Shown here: positions 10,609-21,028 of the stretch, piece by piece
Layout: each line of letters begins with the position of its first letter
Numbering within the stretch: position 1 is the first letter of the stretch
From: an uncultured delta proteobacterium
GTDB taxonomy: Bacteria > Desulfobacterota > Desulfobacteria > Desulfobacterales > JAFDCJ01
Reading direction: 5' to 3'
NCBI GenBank assembly: GCA_963769935.1
Contig: CAVYNY010000017.1
Location: forward strand, 64,001 to 128,000
Length of the DNA: 64,000 nt
Made by a program: the position numbers and the translations under genes
Notes under the pieces: model-generated
Told to the model about the DNA's origin: nothing
Databases searched by the model: none
Seen by the model: the letters and a program-made list of their open reading frames with translations, nothing else

Positions 10609-11984
10609 AAATCTATCGCACAGTGCAGACAGCCCTCCGGGCGCTGCGCCGCAACCCGATGCGGGCGGCCTTGACGACCCTGGGGATCGTCATCGGCGTG
10701 GGGGCGGTTATCGCCATGATGGAAATCGGCAAAGGCTCTTCGGAAGCCATCCAGAAGTCAATTGCCAGTATGGGTGCGAACAACCTCCTGATCCAACCCG
10801 GCACTGCCGCCAGCGGCGGTGTCAGCTTCGGTTCGGGCAGCGTCATGACGCTGACACCCCAGGACGCTGAAGCGATCCTGAAGGAATGCCCGGCCGTTCG
10901 CAGCGTGGCGCCGGTGGTTCGCGCCCGCACTCAAGTGGTCTATGCCGGCCGCAACTGGGTTCCGTTCTCGATCTACGGTACCACGCCGGCCTATCTCGAG
11001 GTGCGTGACTGGAACAATCTGGCCGAAGGCGAGGTCTTCACTGAACGCGACGTGCGCAATGCCAACCGGGTCTGTCTGCTGGGGCAGACCCTGGTCCGCG
11101 AACTGTTCCAGGGCTTGTCTCCGATCGGCAAGGACATTCGGATCAACAACGTATTGTTCAAGGTAGTGGGCGTGCTGAGCCGCAAGGGGGCCAACATGAT
11201 GGGAATGGACCAGGACGACGTCGTCATGGCGCCCTGGACAACCATCAAATACCGGGTGGCAGGCTCGCCGCTGGCCAACGTCAACCAAAGCAGCCCAAGT
11301 TCCAGCTCCGGCAGCTCGTCCACGGTCAACTCGCTCAGCCAGCTTTATCCCGGCGGGCAACAGAACCTTTACCCGGCGCCGTCGGCGATCCAGGCCGCCG
11401 ACACCCCGCTGCCGGTGCGCTTTACCAACGTGGATCAAATTCTGGTTTCGGCGCGGTCCTCCCACGAAATCCAGCAGGCCGTCAGCCAGATGACAGAGGT
11501 GCTGCGCGAGCGCCACCGGATTCACCACGGCGAGCCGGACGATTTCCACATCCGCGACATGACCGAAATGACCAAGGTCCTGTCTTCGACGGCCACGCTG
11601 ATGACCAATTTGCTGCTGTGCGTCGCGCTGATCTCCCTGGTGGTCGGCGGGGTCGGCATCATGAACATCATGCTTGTTTCCGTCACCGAACGCACCCGGG
11701 AAATCGGGTTGCGAATGGCGGTGGGGGCGCGCAGCCGCGACATTCTCAGGCAATTTCTGGTGGAAGCGGTGGTCCTGTGCCTGGCCGGCGGTGCCATGGG
11801 CATCCTGCTGGGCCATGGCGGCTCGCACCTCGTCAGGCTGCTCCTGCACTGGCCCATCGGGACTTCCCTGGTCGCTATTGCATCGGCGGTTATCGTCTCA
11901 GCCAGTGTGGGCATCCTGTTCGGCTATTATCCGGCCTGGAAGGCTTCACGGCTGGACCCTATCGATGCATTGAGATACGAATAA
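10605..11984 (+). CDS. ABC transporter permease (MacB/FtsX-like)
   Basis: LTTLGIVIGV, GGVGIMNIMLVSVTERTREIGLR and DPIDALRYE motifs. Confidence 0.95.
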   Translation: MKIYRTVQTALRALRRNPMRAALTTLGIVIGVGAVIAMMEIGKGSSEAIQKSIASMGANNLLIQPGTAASGGVSFGSGSVMTLTPQDAEAILKECPAVRSVAPVVRARTQVVYAGRNWVPFSIYGTTPAYLEVRDWNNLAEGEVFTERDVRNANRVCLLGQTLVRELFQGLSPIGKDIRINNVLFKVVGVLSRKGANMMGMDQDDVVMAPWTTIKYRVAGSPLANVNQSSPSSSSGSSSTVNSLSQLYPGGQQNLYPAPSAIQAADTPLPVRFTNVDQILVSARSSHEIQQAVSQMTEVLRERHRIHHGEPDDFHIRDMTEMTKVLSSTATLMTNLLLCVALISLVVGGVGIMNIMLVSVTERTREIGLRMAVGARSRDILRQFLVEAVVLCLAGGAMGILLGHGGSHLVRLLLHWPIGTSLVAIASAVIVSASVGILFGYYPAWKASRLDPIDALRYE

Positions 11985-12032
11985 CCCCGCCAGCAAGGAG
12001 GGTTAACATTCGCCATTAAAGGAATCCAGAAC

Positions 12033-13478
12033 ATGTTGTGCAGGAACGACACCGCTTCCCATAGAAAGCCCTTTCCGGCCTGCCTGGCCCTGGCCATGTT
12101 CCTGTGCCTTGGCAGTGTGACCGGTTGTCTCGTCGGTCCGGATTATCAGCCGCCGCAAATGCAGGTGCCGGCCGCCTGGTCCGGTCCAACCAGCGCTCAG
12201 CCGACTCCGGCCGAGGTCCAGGATCTTGTCCATTGGTGGACCACATTCAATGATCCCGCTTTGACCTCCCTGGAGGATCAGGCCGCAGCGTCCAACTTGG
12301 ACCTGCAGTTGGCCGCAGCGCGCATCCGGCAAGCACGGGCAGCGCGGGGTATCGCGGTTGCCGGCCTCGGACCCACGGTGAATGCTTCCGGCGACGTGGT
12401 GCGCAGCCGTACCGCCGTCACAACCGGCAACCGAATCCAAGGCAACATCAGCAACCTGTACCAGACCGGCCTGGATTCATCCTGGGAACTGGACATCTTC
12501 GGTGGAACCAGACGCAACATCGAGGCGGCCGACGCCGATCTTCAAGCCGCAGTGGAGGATCGCCGGGACGTGCTGGTGACCTTGACGGCTGAAGTGGCGC
12601 TCAACTATATCGACCTGCGTTCCTTTCAGCAGCGGATTAAAATTGCCCGGCAGAACCTCAAGGCGCAGGAGCACACGGCCGAACTGACCCACCAAAGATT
12701 CGAGGCCGGCTTCGTGGGCCGCCTGGATGTGGCCAACGCCGACGCCCAGGTCGCCACCACCGCTTCGATGATCCCGTTGCTGGAGTCCTCCGCCCAGCAG
12801 GCCATCTACAGCCTGGGAATTCTTCTGGGCCGGGAGCCGTCTGCCCTGCTGGAAGAGTTGGCGCCGGCTGCCGCCATTCCGGCCGCCCCTCCCGAGGTGC
12901 CGGCAGGCCTTCCGGCGGGTATGCTGCGAAGACGCCCGGACATCCGCCGAGCCGAAGCGGAGATTCATTCCGCCACGGCCCGCATCGGTGTGGCCACGGC
13001 CGACCTGTTCCCCAGGTTCGCGCTTTCCGGCGCGGTCGGTTACCGCAGCAATCAGTTCTCCTCATGGGTGGACTGGATCAATCGTTTCTGGTCGGTGGGC
13101 CCCTCGGCCAGTTGGCAGGTCTTTGCCAGCGGCGCCATTCGCTCCAATATCAAGTTCCAGGAAGCCCTCCAGGAGCAATCGGTCCTCGCCTATCAGCAGA
13201 CCGTCCTGACAGCCCTGCAGGATGTTGAAAACGCCTTGATTGCCTCCGCCAAAGAGGCGGATCACCTCAAGGCACTGGCGGAAGCGGTTGCGGCCAATCG
13301 CCAGGCGGTGGAGCTTTCGACCCAGCTCTACACGCAAGGCCAGATCGACTTTCTCAACGTGCTGGATGCCCAGCGATCCCTGTTCGTTTCGGAAGATGCG
13401 CTGGTTCAGAGCACCGGCAATGTCTCGACAAATCTGGTCGCGTTATACAAAGCGCTTGGCGGGGGCTGGGACAATTAG
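12033..13478 (+). CDS. Outer-membrane efflux lipoprotein (NodT/OprM family)
   Basis: Lipobox-like GC-LVGPDY; SWELDIFG, RRPDIRRAE and LYKALGGGW motifs. Confidence 0.93.
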   Translation: MLCRNDTASHRKPFPACLALAMFLCLGSVTGCLVGPDYQPPQMQVPAAWSGPTSAQPTPAEVQDLVHWWTTFNDPALTSLEDQAAASNLDLQLAAARIRQARAARGIAVAGLGPTVNASGDVVRSRTAVTTGNRIQGNISNLYQTGLDSSWELDIFGGTRRNIEAADADLQAAVEDRRDVLVTLTAEVALNYIDLRSFQQRIKIARQNLKAQEHTAELTHQRFEAGFVGRLDVANADAQVATTASMIPLLESSAQQAIYSLGILLGREPSALLEELAPAAAIPAAPPEVPAGLPAGMLRRRPDIRRAEAEIHSATARIGVATADLFPRFALSGAVGYRSNQFSSWVDWINRFWSVGPSASWQVFASGAIRSNIKFQEALQEQSVLAYQQTVLTALQDVENALIASAKEADHLKALAEAVAANRQAVELSTQLYTQGQIDFLNVLDAQRSLFVSEDALVQSTGNVSTNLVALYKALGGGWDN

Positions 13479-13564
13479 GCGAAACTTTGTATGAGCAATG
13501 ATTTATGTCTTTGGGCATAAAAGCGAATAACTTATAATTAATTCTTGACTCGCTTAGGTTTGTA

Positions 13565-16500
13565 ATGATGGCTCACACCGTCGGCTCAGCAACGGACTGC
13601 GGATCTTTGGGACTTTTCAGCCTCTTTTCCGCCCGGCGGATCTTTGAGGATACCAACCAGGACGAATACCCGGACCGTCTGGGGTTGGCTATCGAGGTGG
13701 ATCCACGGCTGGATGACGCTTCCATTTGGGCCCAGGTGTTAAATCTCACGGCCAGGCTGGCAATTGAGGTCACGGCCCTGGATTTGCCGCTGGTAAGGCC
13801 TTTGCGCCCGAAGCCCGGGAATCAGCCGGCGCTCGTCGTGCTGTGTCCTGACCATAATTTGCCGGCAGCCGCCGAAATCAAGCATCAAAAGCCCGCCAGG
13901 GTGACCATCGGCGGCCGGTGCCCTCAGAGCATCGCGCGGGTGATTGCCGGCCTCGCGCTATCGCCGGCCTCAGGCGGTCTGCTGTCTCGAAACTGGCGTA
14001 CCATCCGGCTGGTCGAGCCGGAGGCTTGTGCCATGGAAATTTCTTATGGCCGCCTTAGCACAAGGGAATGGATTCCCCTGCCCCCATTTCCCACCCCGGG
14101 AAAACCTCGCGGCAGGTCTACATCTCCTAAAAAACTCGATCTTCTAAATCCCTTCGGCTGCGCCTATGATATTCCGCCGGACGAGCCCCGCGGGCAAGGC
14201 CTGAACCTGAAATTGGTCATCGATGCCTTGCGGCTTTCCCCGCAGTTGGGAATGGTTCTGTCGGATCTGGTGGCCGCAGCGGTCCTGGAGGCCACGGATA
14301 TGACGCTGCCGTTGGTTGTGGCCGGCTCGATGCCCCAAACCGGACTTGTGTTAAAGGTATGCGAGCAAAAGCCGAAGCGTTCGGGTGTCACCCACCAAAT
14401 TCGCTTTTTTTCCCGGCGCTCCAAACGACAGCTTGTCATCCTGGCCGAGGGTCAAACCACACCCTTGACAACAGCCTTGAGGGAATGGATCCAGTTGACA
14501 CTTTACCGGCACGGTCGCGGCTGCGAGCCGGTGGACGCGTTCCACACCGAGGTGGAAGGCGTGCGGGATTTAGTGGCCGGCTGCGGCCGCTGGGGGCGTT
14601 GGGCCCAGCATCTTATGCAAGCCGCATCCGGTGGGCCGGTGCTGCCGCCGGCCACCGGCGCTGAGCGAACCAAAGTGCTGCGCGCCTGCCGCGCGCTTTG
14701 CCTGGCGCCGCCCACCAAAGCCCCAAGTTCCACCTTGTACCGGCGTTCAGCCTGGCGCTCTGAAAACCAACAAATTCTGGATCTTGCCCGACGGCTGCGG
14801 CCCGGCACCGGCCGGCTGGAGGGGCTGGTCTTTGTCAGCAAGCCGCGCCACACCCGGCTTGATCTCAAAAAGCAGCTGACGTCGATTTTAAGCCAAAAAG
14901 GGTATCGGGCCGATCTGACGGTTCTCAACGCCTACAAACCCGGCCTGTCCTGGCTGCTCGAGGTCGTCGTCAAAACGTTGCAGGGAATCGAACATCCGGC
15001 CGAAATCGAGCTGGCCTACCGCTCTTTTAAAGTTGAGGGGGGCAGCCTGGAATTGCCCGGCCGCTGGCTGCAGGAAATATTTCCGGGGCCCGACCTGCTG
15101 GCCGGAGCGCTGGGGTGGAAGCCGGATCGCATCCGGCTTGTCCGGCGACGAAATCTTGCCGATGCGTATCGCATACGAGCCTGGAACACGCAGGGGCGCC
15201 TGGTGTTTACCCGGGGATTCACCCCCTTTGTCAGCCGTATGCCCTATCTCGCCGCCCGGCCGCAGGCGGGAACCATTTATCCGACTTGCGGAGGAATCCG
15301 CCTGCACCAGGGGCGGAACACCGTCCTCGACAAGGCTGTGATGACCGACCGCGAACATTTCTGGCGCACATTTCAGACGCGCTGGCTGCCGGCCTTGGAA
15401 ACTCAGATGCTAAAGCATCTGGCGGCGCTAAACGGTGAAATGGATGCGGCTTTTTGGGAAGAGGTTCGGCTGGAGGTGGCCCTGGAAGAGACGGATGTGC
15501 GCTTAAACCTGGGTGCCGAGCGCATCTGCCCGATGGAGGCCTTGCACGAGGATCTCTACTTCGGTCTGCTGAATTTTTTCCATATCTTTGGCCGCGAACA
15601 CAAGCTTGCCCCGGCAATTCAGTTCGGCCGCATTCTGCCCCTGGTTTCGGCCCGCTTGGAGGGAACGCGACCATCGGCCCGCATGATTGCCCGGCCATTT
15701 CAGCGGCCCGCAACAAAAGGCACCCGCCGCCCCCGGCCCCAAGTGACCGCCCTGAGATTTGAACGCGGGCAATGGCATCTTGAATTCAGCGGCGGGATCA
15801 AGGGGCTGACGCTCGAAAATGTTCGCCATCTGTGTACGGTAGCACATGCCTGGGGAATTTCTATGGAACCGTCCCAAATGCAAGGCCGGTTGCAGGTGAA
15901 GATCAAAGCGCCCCGGCCTGTGCGTCGCGCAGCCCTCCGATCCGGCCGCCAATCCCCGCCTCCCGAAGACCGCCTGCTCAGCGCTCAGGAAGTATCCGGC
16001 TGGATTGAGCATCTTGGTCGGATGCCCCATCTGCAGGCCTGGCAGGCCGGCCGTTCCTGGCAGGGGCGGCCTATCTGGGCCATCGAAGCCGGACTGCAGG
16101 GCGGAGGAAAACTTGCGTCTGTGGCCAAAGCCCGTCTTCTCAAGCCCACGCTGCTGATCAATGCGCGCCACCACGCCAACGAAATCTCCAGCACCAACGC
16201 CGTGCTGCACCTGGCCTGGCAATTGAGCACCACCCCGCAGGGGCGGGAGACCTTGCAACATAACAATATCGTGATCATTCCCCTTGAAAACGCAGACGGT
16301 GTGGCCACGCTGGAAGCGCTTTTGCCGGGGGCACCCGACCACAAGCTGCATGCCGCCCGTTACAACGCGTTGGGAGTGGAGTGGTATGCGGACTATTTTG
16401 CCGATCCGCCCCGCTTTGCCGAAGCCCGGGTTAAACCGCGCCTTTGGCGCCGCTGGTTGCCGCAAATCGTGCTGGACGCCCACGGGGTGCCCAGCCACGA

Positions 16501-17020
16501 ATGGGATCAGCCCTTCTCCGGCTACGTCCCCCCCAAACCCTTTCAAGAATTCTGGCTTCCCAAAACCTTTGTCTACGCGATCGTGCCCTTCATCGACCAG
16601 CCCGGCCACCCCGGTCATGACATGGCCGGCCGATTGGTGCACCGCATGCGACAGGCGCTTACCAACGACCGCGAGATCATCGACCTTAACCGCGAATTAA
16701 GCGACCGCTACCGGCGCTATGCCCGCTCAGCCGAACCCGGCATATTTCCGGCTTGTACCGAAGATACCCTGGTGGCTTTGCCGCCCCAAAAACGGGTTGC
16801 CAAAACCAACTTCGCAGAACGCCGCTGGCCCCTGACCCAGTCAGAAATCATTACCGAAGTTACCGACGAGGTTGCATCGGGCCGCCTGCTGGCGCTGTGC
16901 GCCAGGGCCCATCGCCTGATTGCCGGGGCGCTTATCGAATTCATGCGCCCTGAAAAGCCGGGTGCCATCATCCGAACCCAACTGCCGGAGGGCGGGGTGT
17001 TGTTGAGGTGGCGCCGGTAG
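13565..17020 (+). CDS. Large protein with C-terminal M14 zinc carboxypeptidase domain
   Basis: GRSWQGRPI, INARHHANE (HxxE), IPLENADG, RYNA and LDAHG motifs in the last ~350 aa; N-terminal ~800 aa not recognised. Confidence 0.75.
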   Translation: MMAHTVGSATDCGSLGLFSLFSARRIFEDTNQDEYPDRLGLAIEVDPRLDDASIWAQVLNLTARLAIEVTALDLPLVRPLRPKPGNQPALVVLCPDHNLPAAAEIKHQKPARVTIGGRCPQSIARVIAGLALSPASGGLLSRNWRTIRLVEPEACAMEISYGRLSTREWIPLPPFPTPGKPRGRSTSPKKLDLLNPFGCAYDIPPDEPRGQGLNLKLVIDALRLSPQLGMVLSDLVAAAVLEATDMTLPLVVAGSMPQTGLVLKVCEQKPKRSGVTHQIRFFSRRSKRQLVILAEGQTTPLTTALREWIQLTLYRHGRGCEPVDAFHTEVEGVRDLVAGCGRWGRWAQHLMQAASGGPVLPPATGAERTKVLRACRALCLAPPTKAPSSTLYRRSAWRSENQQILDLARRLRPGTGRLEGLVFVSKPRHTRLDLKKQLTSILSQKGYRADLTVLNAYKPGLSWLLEVVVKTLQGIEHPAEIELAYRSFKVEGGSLELPGRWLQEIFPGPDLLAGALGWKPDRIRLVRRRNLADAYRIRAWNTQGRLVFTRGFTPFVSRMPYLAARPQAGTIYPTCGGIRLHQGRNTVLDKAVMTDREHFWRTFQTRWLPALETQMLKHLAALNGEMDAAFWEEVRLEVALEETDVRLNLGAERICPMEALHEDLYFGLLNFFHIFGREHKLAPAIQFGRILPLVSARLEGTRPSARMIARPFQRPATKGTRRPRPQVTALRFERGQWHLEFSGGIKGLTLENVRHLCTVAHAWGISMEPSQMQGRLQVKIKAPRPVRRAALRSGRQSPPPEDRLLSAQEVSGWIEHLGRMPHLQAWQAGRSWQGRPIWAIEAGLQGGGKLASVAKARLLKPTLLINARHHANEISSTNAVLHLAWQLSTTPQGRETLQHNNIVIIPLENADGVATLEALLPGAPDHKLHAARYNALGVEWYADYFADPPRFAEARVKPRLWRRWLPQIVLDAHGVPSHEWDQPFSGYVPPKPFQEFWLPKTFVYAIVPFIDQPGHPGHDMAGRLVHRMRQALTNDREIIDLNRELSDRYRRYARSAEPGIFPACTEDTLVALPPQKRVAKTNFAERRWPLTQSEIITEVTDEVASGRLLALCARAHRLIAGALIEFMRPEKPGAIIRTQLPEGGVLLRWRR

Positions 17021-17119
17021 GATAAACGGTATTTGGGATTGCGCATCGGGCATTTTTGAGCTAAATAAAACCGCAACCAATTCAAATTCAACCTTTTTCA
17101 AGGAAGGGAGGAACGTGTC

Positions 17120-18688
17120 ATGCGTAACATCCGGTTAAGCCTATTTGTGCTGCTTATGGTATGCCCGGTGCTGGCCTTCGGCGGCCAGCAGCCCGTTGCG
17201 GGCGGAACCCTGATCTGGGGCCGCGGCGGGGACTCGGTCAATCTGGATCTGGCTCAGGCGACCGACGGGGAGTCCATCAAGGCCGGGATCCAGATCTTTG
17301 AAAACCTGGTGATGTTCGGCCGCAACTCGATGGACATCGAGCCCCAGCTCGCTAAATCCTGGACAGTCTCCGAAGACGGGCTGACCTGGACCTTCAAGCT
17401 GCGCGAGGGGGTCAAATTCCACGACGGCACCCCGTTCAATGCCCAGGCGGTCTATGACTCCTTTGCCCGCATTATCGACGAGAAGCATCCTTGGCACGGC
17501 TTCGGCAAATGGCGCTACCTGAGCTTGTCTTTGGGGCCGGTCGATCAAATCAAGATCATCGACGAATACACCATCGCCCTGATCACCAAAAAGCCCTATG
17601 CCCCGCTGCTCAACAACCTGGCCTTGTGGCTGTGCCCGATCCTTTCACCTGCGGCCATGGCCGAGTACAAAGATCAAATCGGACTGCACCCGGTGGGAAC
17701 CGGCCCCTTTAAATTCGTCAAGTGGGTCAAAGACGACCAGATCGTCCTGGAGCGCAACGAGGATTACTGGGGTGAAAAAGCCAAAGTCGACAAGATCATC
17801 CTCAAGAGCATCCCCGAGCCATCGGCCCGTCTGATGGCGCTGCAGTCGGGCACCGTCGACATGGCCGATGATCTCGACCCGGATTCCATCAATCTGGTCA
17901 AAAAGGATTCCCGCCTGGCAATCATCGAACGGCCCAGCATCAATGTCGGGTATCTGGCGCTCAACACCCAGAAGCCGGCCCTGGCCGATGTTCGTGTGCG
18001 CCGCGCCATTAACCATGCCATTGACAAGCAAACCCTGATCAAAGCCATCTATCAGGGTCTGGCGATCCCGGCCAAAAATCCTTTTGCGCCCACCATCTGG
18101 GGCTACAACGATGCCATCGAGCCCTATGATTACAGCCCTGAAAAGGCCAAGCAGCTTCTGGCCGACGCCAACTTCGATTTTAACTCCGAACTGGAATTGT
18201 GGGCCATGCCGGTTTCCAGAGTCTACATGCCCGAGCCGGTCAAAACCGCCGAGTTGATCCAGGCCTATCTGGCGGCGGTGGGCATCAAAACCAAAATCGT
18301 GCGCTACGACTGGGGAACCTATCTGAGCAAAACCGCCAACGGCGAGGACGATATGTGTATGCTCGGCTGGCTGGGCGGCAATGCCGATCCGGACAACTTC
18401 CTTTACGGCCTGCTGTCCGCCGACACGGCCAAAACCCCGGGGGCTGCCAACGTAGCCCTATGGAAAAATGCCGAATTTACCGAACTGTGTCTCAAAGCCC
18501 AGCGGATATTCGACAAGGCCGAGCGCACCAAACTCTACCTTAAGGCCCAGGTAATTTTTCACGATCAGGCCCCCTGGGTGCCGCTGGCTCATTCGACCAT
18601 TGTGCGGTGCTTCAGCAAGCGGCTGCACGATGTCCCGCTGCGGCCCAACGGGCTGAATTCTTTCCAGATGGTTTGGAAGGAGCAGTAA
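17120..18688 (+). CDS. dppA: Dipeptide/oligopeptide ABC substrate-binding protein (family 5)
   Basis: Signal peptide; LAKSWTVSEDGLTWTFKLREGVKFHDG and PVGTGPFKF motifs. Confidence 0.9.
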   Translation: MRNIRLSLFVLLMVCPVLAFGGQQPVAGGTLIWGRGGDSVNLDLAQATDGESIKAGIQIFENLVMFGRNSMDIEPQLAKSWTVSEDGLTWTFKLREGVKFHDGTPFNAQAVYDSFARIIDEKHPWHGFGKWRYLSLSLGPVDQIKIIDEYTIALITKKPYAPLLNNLALWLCPILSPAAMAEYKDQIGLHPVGTGPFKFVKWVKDDQIVLERNEDYWGEKAKVDKIILKSIPEPSARLMALQSGTVDMADDLDPDSINLVKKDSRLAIIERPSINVGYLALNTQKPALADVRVRRAINHAIDKQTLIKAIYQGLAIPAKNPFAPTIWGYNDAIEPYDYSPEKAKQLLADANFDFNSELELWAMPVSRVYMPEPVKTAELIQAYLAAVGIKTKIVRYDWGTYLSKTANGEDDMCMLGWLGGNADPDNFLYGLLSADTAKTPGAANVALWKNAEFTELCLKAQRIFDKAERTKLYLKAQVIFHDQAPWVPLAHSTIVRCFSKRLHDVPLRPNGLNSFQMVWKEQ

Positions 18689-18739
18689 CTAATTAACAGG
18701 CCCGGTTTTTTATGGCGATAGAAAGGGATCAAGCGACTC

Positions 18740-19750
18740 ATGCCCTTGGGCTATATATTCAGACGCCTCGTGCAGCTGATCCTGATAATGTTCGGGGTCT
18801 CCGTTCTGGTCTTTCTGATGCTCAGGATGATTCCCGGAGACCCCGCCCAGCTTTTATTGGGCGAGTATGCCAGTCCGCAGGAATTGGTCCGTTTGCGGGC
18901 TCAGCTGGGTCTTGATCAATCCTATTTCGTCCAATACGGAATCTACCTCAAAAACATCCTGCAGGGTGATTTCGGAAACTCCGTCCGCACCGGAGCACCG
19001 GTGATCGGTGAAATCGGCATCCGTCTGGCGGCCACCCTCGAACTGTCGTTGGCGGCCATGGTGATCGCCACGGTGATGGGAATTGCAGCCGGCGTCATTT
19101 CGGCCGTCCGGCAGCACTCGATTTTAGATTACGGCGCCATGATTCTGGCCTTGATCGGTGTGTCCATGCCCATCTTCTGGTTGGGACTGATGCTCATCTA
19201 TCTGTTGGCCGTCAGGTTCCCGATCCTGCCCATGATGGGCCGCATCAGCATGGGAGTCGAGATGCCGCCCGTGACCGGCCTGATTCTCGTCGACACCTTG
19301 ATCGCCGGTCAATTCGGCATGTTTTGGGACGGCATCCGCCACCTGATATTGCCCTCTTTTACCCTGGCCACCATACCGATGGCCGTCGTAGCGCGCATCA
19401 CGCGCTCTGCCATGCTCGAGGTTCTCAATAAAGACTATGTCCGCACGGCCCGGGCCAAGGGCATGACCGAAGCGGTGGTCATTCTGCGGCATGCGTTGCG
19501 CAATGCCTTTTTGCCGGTGGTCACCGTCCTGGGCCTCAACCTCGGCCTGCTGCTGGGCGGGGCGGTCCTGACCGAAACCATTTTCTCTTGGCCCGGTCTG
19601 GGACGCTATGTGGTGGATTCGCTGATGGGCCGGGACTACGCCGCCGTCCAGGGCTGCATTTTGATTTTCGCGGTTATGATGGCGTCGATCAACCTGGTGG
19701 TAGACCTCGTCTACGTTTTGTTGGATCCGAGGATTCGCGTTCATGACTAA
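18740..19750 (+). CDS. dppB: Peptide ABC permease
   Basis: IPGDPA, DYVRTARAKG (EAA loop) and ETIFSWPGLG motifs. Confidence 0.92.
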   Translation: MPLGYIFRRLVQLILIMFGVSVLVFLMLRMIPGDPAQLLLGEYASPQELVRLRAQLGLDQSYFVQYGIYLKNILQGDFGNSVRTGAPVIGEIGIRLAATLELSLAAMVIATVMGIAAGVISAVRQHSILDYGAMILALIGVSMPIFWLGLMLIYLLAVRFPILPMMGRISMGVEMPPVTGLILVDTLIAGQFGMFWDGIRHLILPSFTLATIPMAVVARITRSAMLEVLNKDYVRTARAKGMTEAVVILRHALRNAFLPVVTVLGLNLGLLLGGAVLTETIFSWPGLGRYVVDSLMGRDYAAVQGCILIFAVMMASINLVVDLVYVLLDPRIRVHD

Positions 19751-20582
19751 ATTTCAAGCGCTCCACGACCTGTTGCGCAACCGAAGTGCGGCGGTCGGCA
19801 TGCTGCTTACCGCCATCATTTTGCTCGTGGCCATCGTGGGACCCGGCCTGGCGCCTTACGATCCCAACGCCCCGGTACCCCTGGAGCGCCTCAAAGGCCC
19901 CAGCGCCGCGCACTATTTCGGTACCGACAGCCTGGGCCGGGACATTTTCAGCCGTGTGATCTACGGCGCCCGTATTTCCGTCATGATCGGACTCATTTCG
20001 GTGAGCATCTCTCTGGTACCGGGAACGCTATTGGGCCTTTTGGCCGGCTATTTCGGAGGCTGGATGGACAGTCTGATCATGCGCCTGATGGATATGCTGC
20101 TGGCCTTTCCGGCCATTCTGCTGGCGATCTTTATCACCGCCATTCTGGGGCCCAGTCTGCCAAACACCATGATTGCCGTGGGGATCGTCTATATCCCGCA
20201 CTATGCCCGCATCGTCCGCTCCAGTGTGCTGTCTTTGAGAGAACAGCTTTTTGTTCAGGCCGCCGCTCAGCTGGGAGGCAGCCACGCAAGGATTATCTTC
20301 TGGCACATCCTGCCCAACGCGCTGCCGCCCATCATTGTCTATGCCACTCTGGGGATGGGCACCGCCGTGCTGCAAGCCGCTGCATTAGGGTTTCTCGGTC
20401 TGGGCGCCCAACCGCCTCAGCCCGAATGGGGAGCCATGCTCAGCGAAGGCCGCCAGTACATCCAGCTGGCCCCCCACGTCGTCGCCTTCCCGGGCGCCGC
20501 GATTCTACTGCTGGTGCTGGGATTCAACCTGTTCGGCGACGGGCTGCGGGATGTGCTGGATCCATCTTTGAGGTCCCAATGA
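19743..20582 (+). CDS. dppC: Peptide ABC permease
   Basis: FGTDSLGRDIFSR, FLGLGAQPPQPEWG and GDGLRDVLDP motifs. Confidence 0.92.
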   Translation: MTKFQALHDLLRNRSAAVGMLLTAIILLVAIVGPGLAPYDPNAPVPLERLKGPSAAHYFGTDSLGRDIFSRVIYGARISVMIGLISVSISLVPGTLLGLLAGYFGGWMDSLIMRLMDMLLAFPAILLAIFITAILGPSLPNTMIAVGIVYIPHYARIVRSSVLSLREQLFVQAAAQLGGSHARIIFWHILPNALPPIIVYATLGMGTAVLQAAALGFLGLGAQPPQPEWGAMLSEGRQYIQLAPHVVAFPGAAILLLVLGFNLFGDGLRDVLDPSLRSQ

Positions 20583-20700
20583 GCCGACCGATTTTGGAAA
20601 TAAAAGACCTCAAGAACCAGTTCAAACCAGACAGGGGGTGGCCAAGGCCGTCGACGGAGTGGATCTGGCCATCGGCCGCGGCGAAACGGTGGGAGTGGTT
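20579..20700 (+). pseudogene. dppD: 5' stub of peptide ABC ATPase (DppD-like), truncated just before Walker A
   Basis: MSRPILEIKDLKNQF..(frameshift)..AKAVDGVDLAIGRGETVGVV, then runs into a REP sequence. Confidence 0.8.
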
Positions 20701-20792
20701 TTTAACCACGATTACGGGCGTTGGCCCGACCGAATTGATCGCGGCTGCCTCCAGCCCGTAGGGCTTACGCCCCGGAGGGAAACCGCTCCCAC
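20689..20792. repeat. REP doublet (REPIN-like) with a 31-bp palindrome nested in the right arm
   Basis: GTGGGAGTGGTTTTTAACCACGAT ... ATCGCGGCTG[CCTCCAGCCCGTAGGGCTTACGCCCCGGAGG]GAAACCGCTCCCAC. Confidence 0.7.
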
Positions 20793-21028
20793 AACATCTT
20801 AAAACTTTTCTCAGCTTCCCAAGAAGTTTCGTCTTTGATCAAACTGGCTGCTTTGCAGGCCAGCGGCAGCGCTGACATCTGAAACCCACCTGTACGAACG
20901 TCCCGATTTATGTGTAACAATTTACGATCTCTGCCCTCCGCAGCTTTTATTGACCTGCTGACTACCAGGCCATATATTATTTGACCACAACTCGGGCACA
21001 GACAAATTTAAAACACGAGAGAAAATGA

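Noticed and set aside
15503..16642. Long antisense ORFs (also 10758-11849, 39712-40800, 55596-56585, 23789-24637)
   Set aside because: Shadow frames of GC-rich genes with no recognisable motifs.
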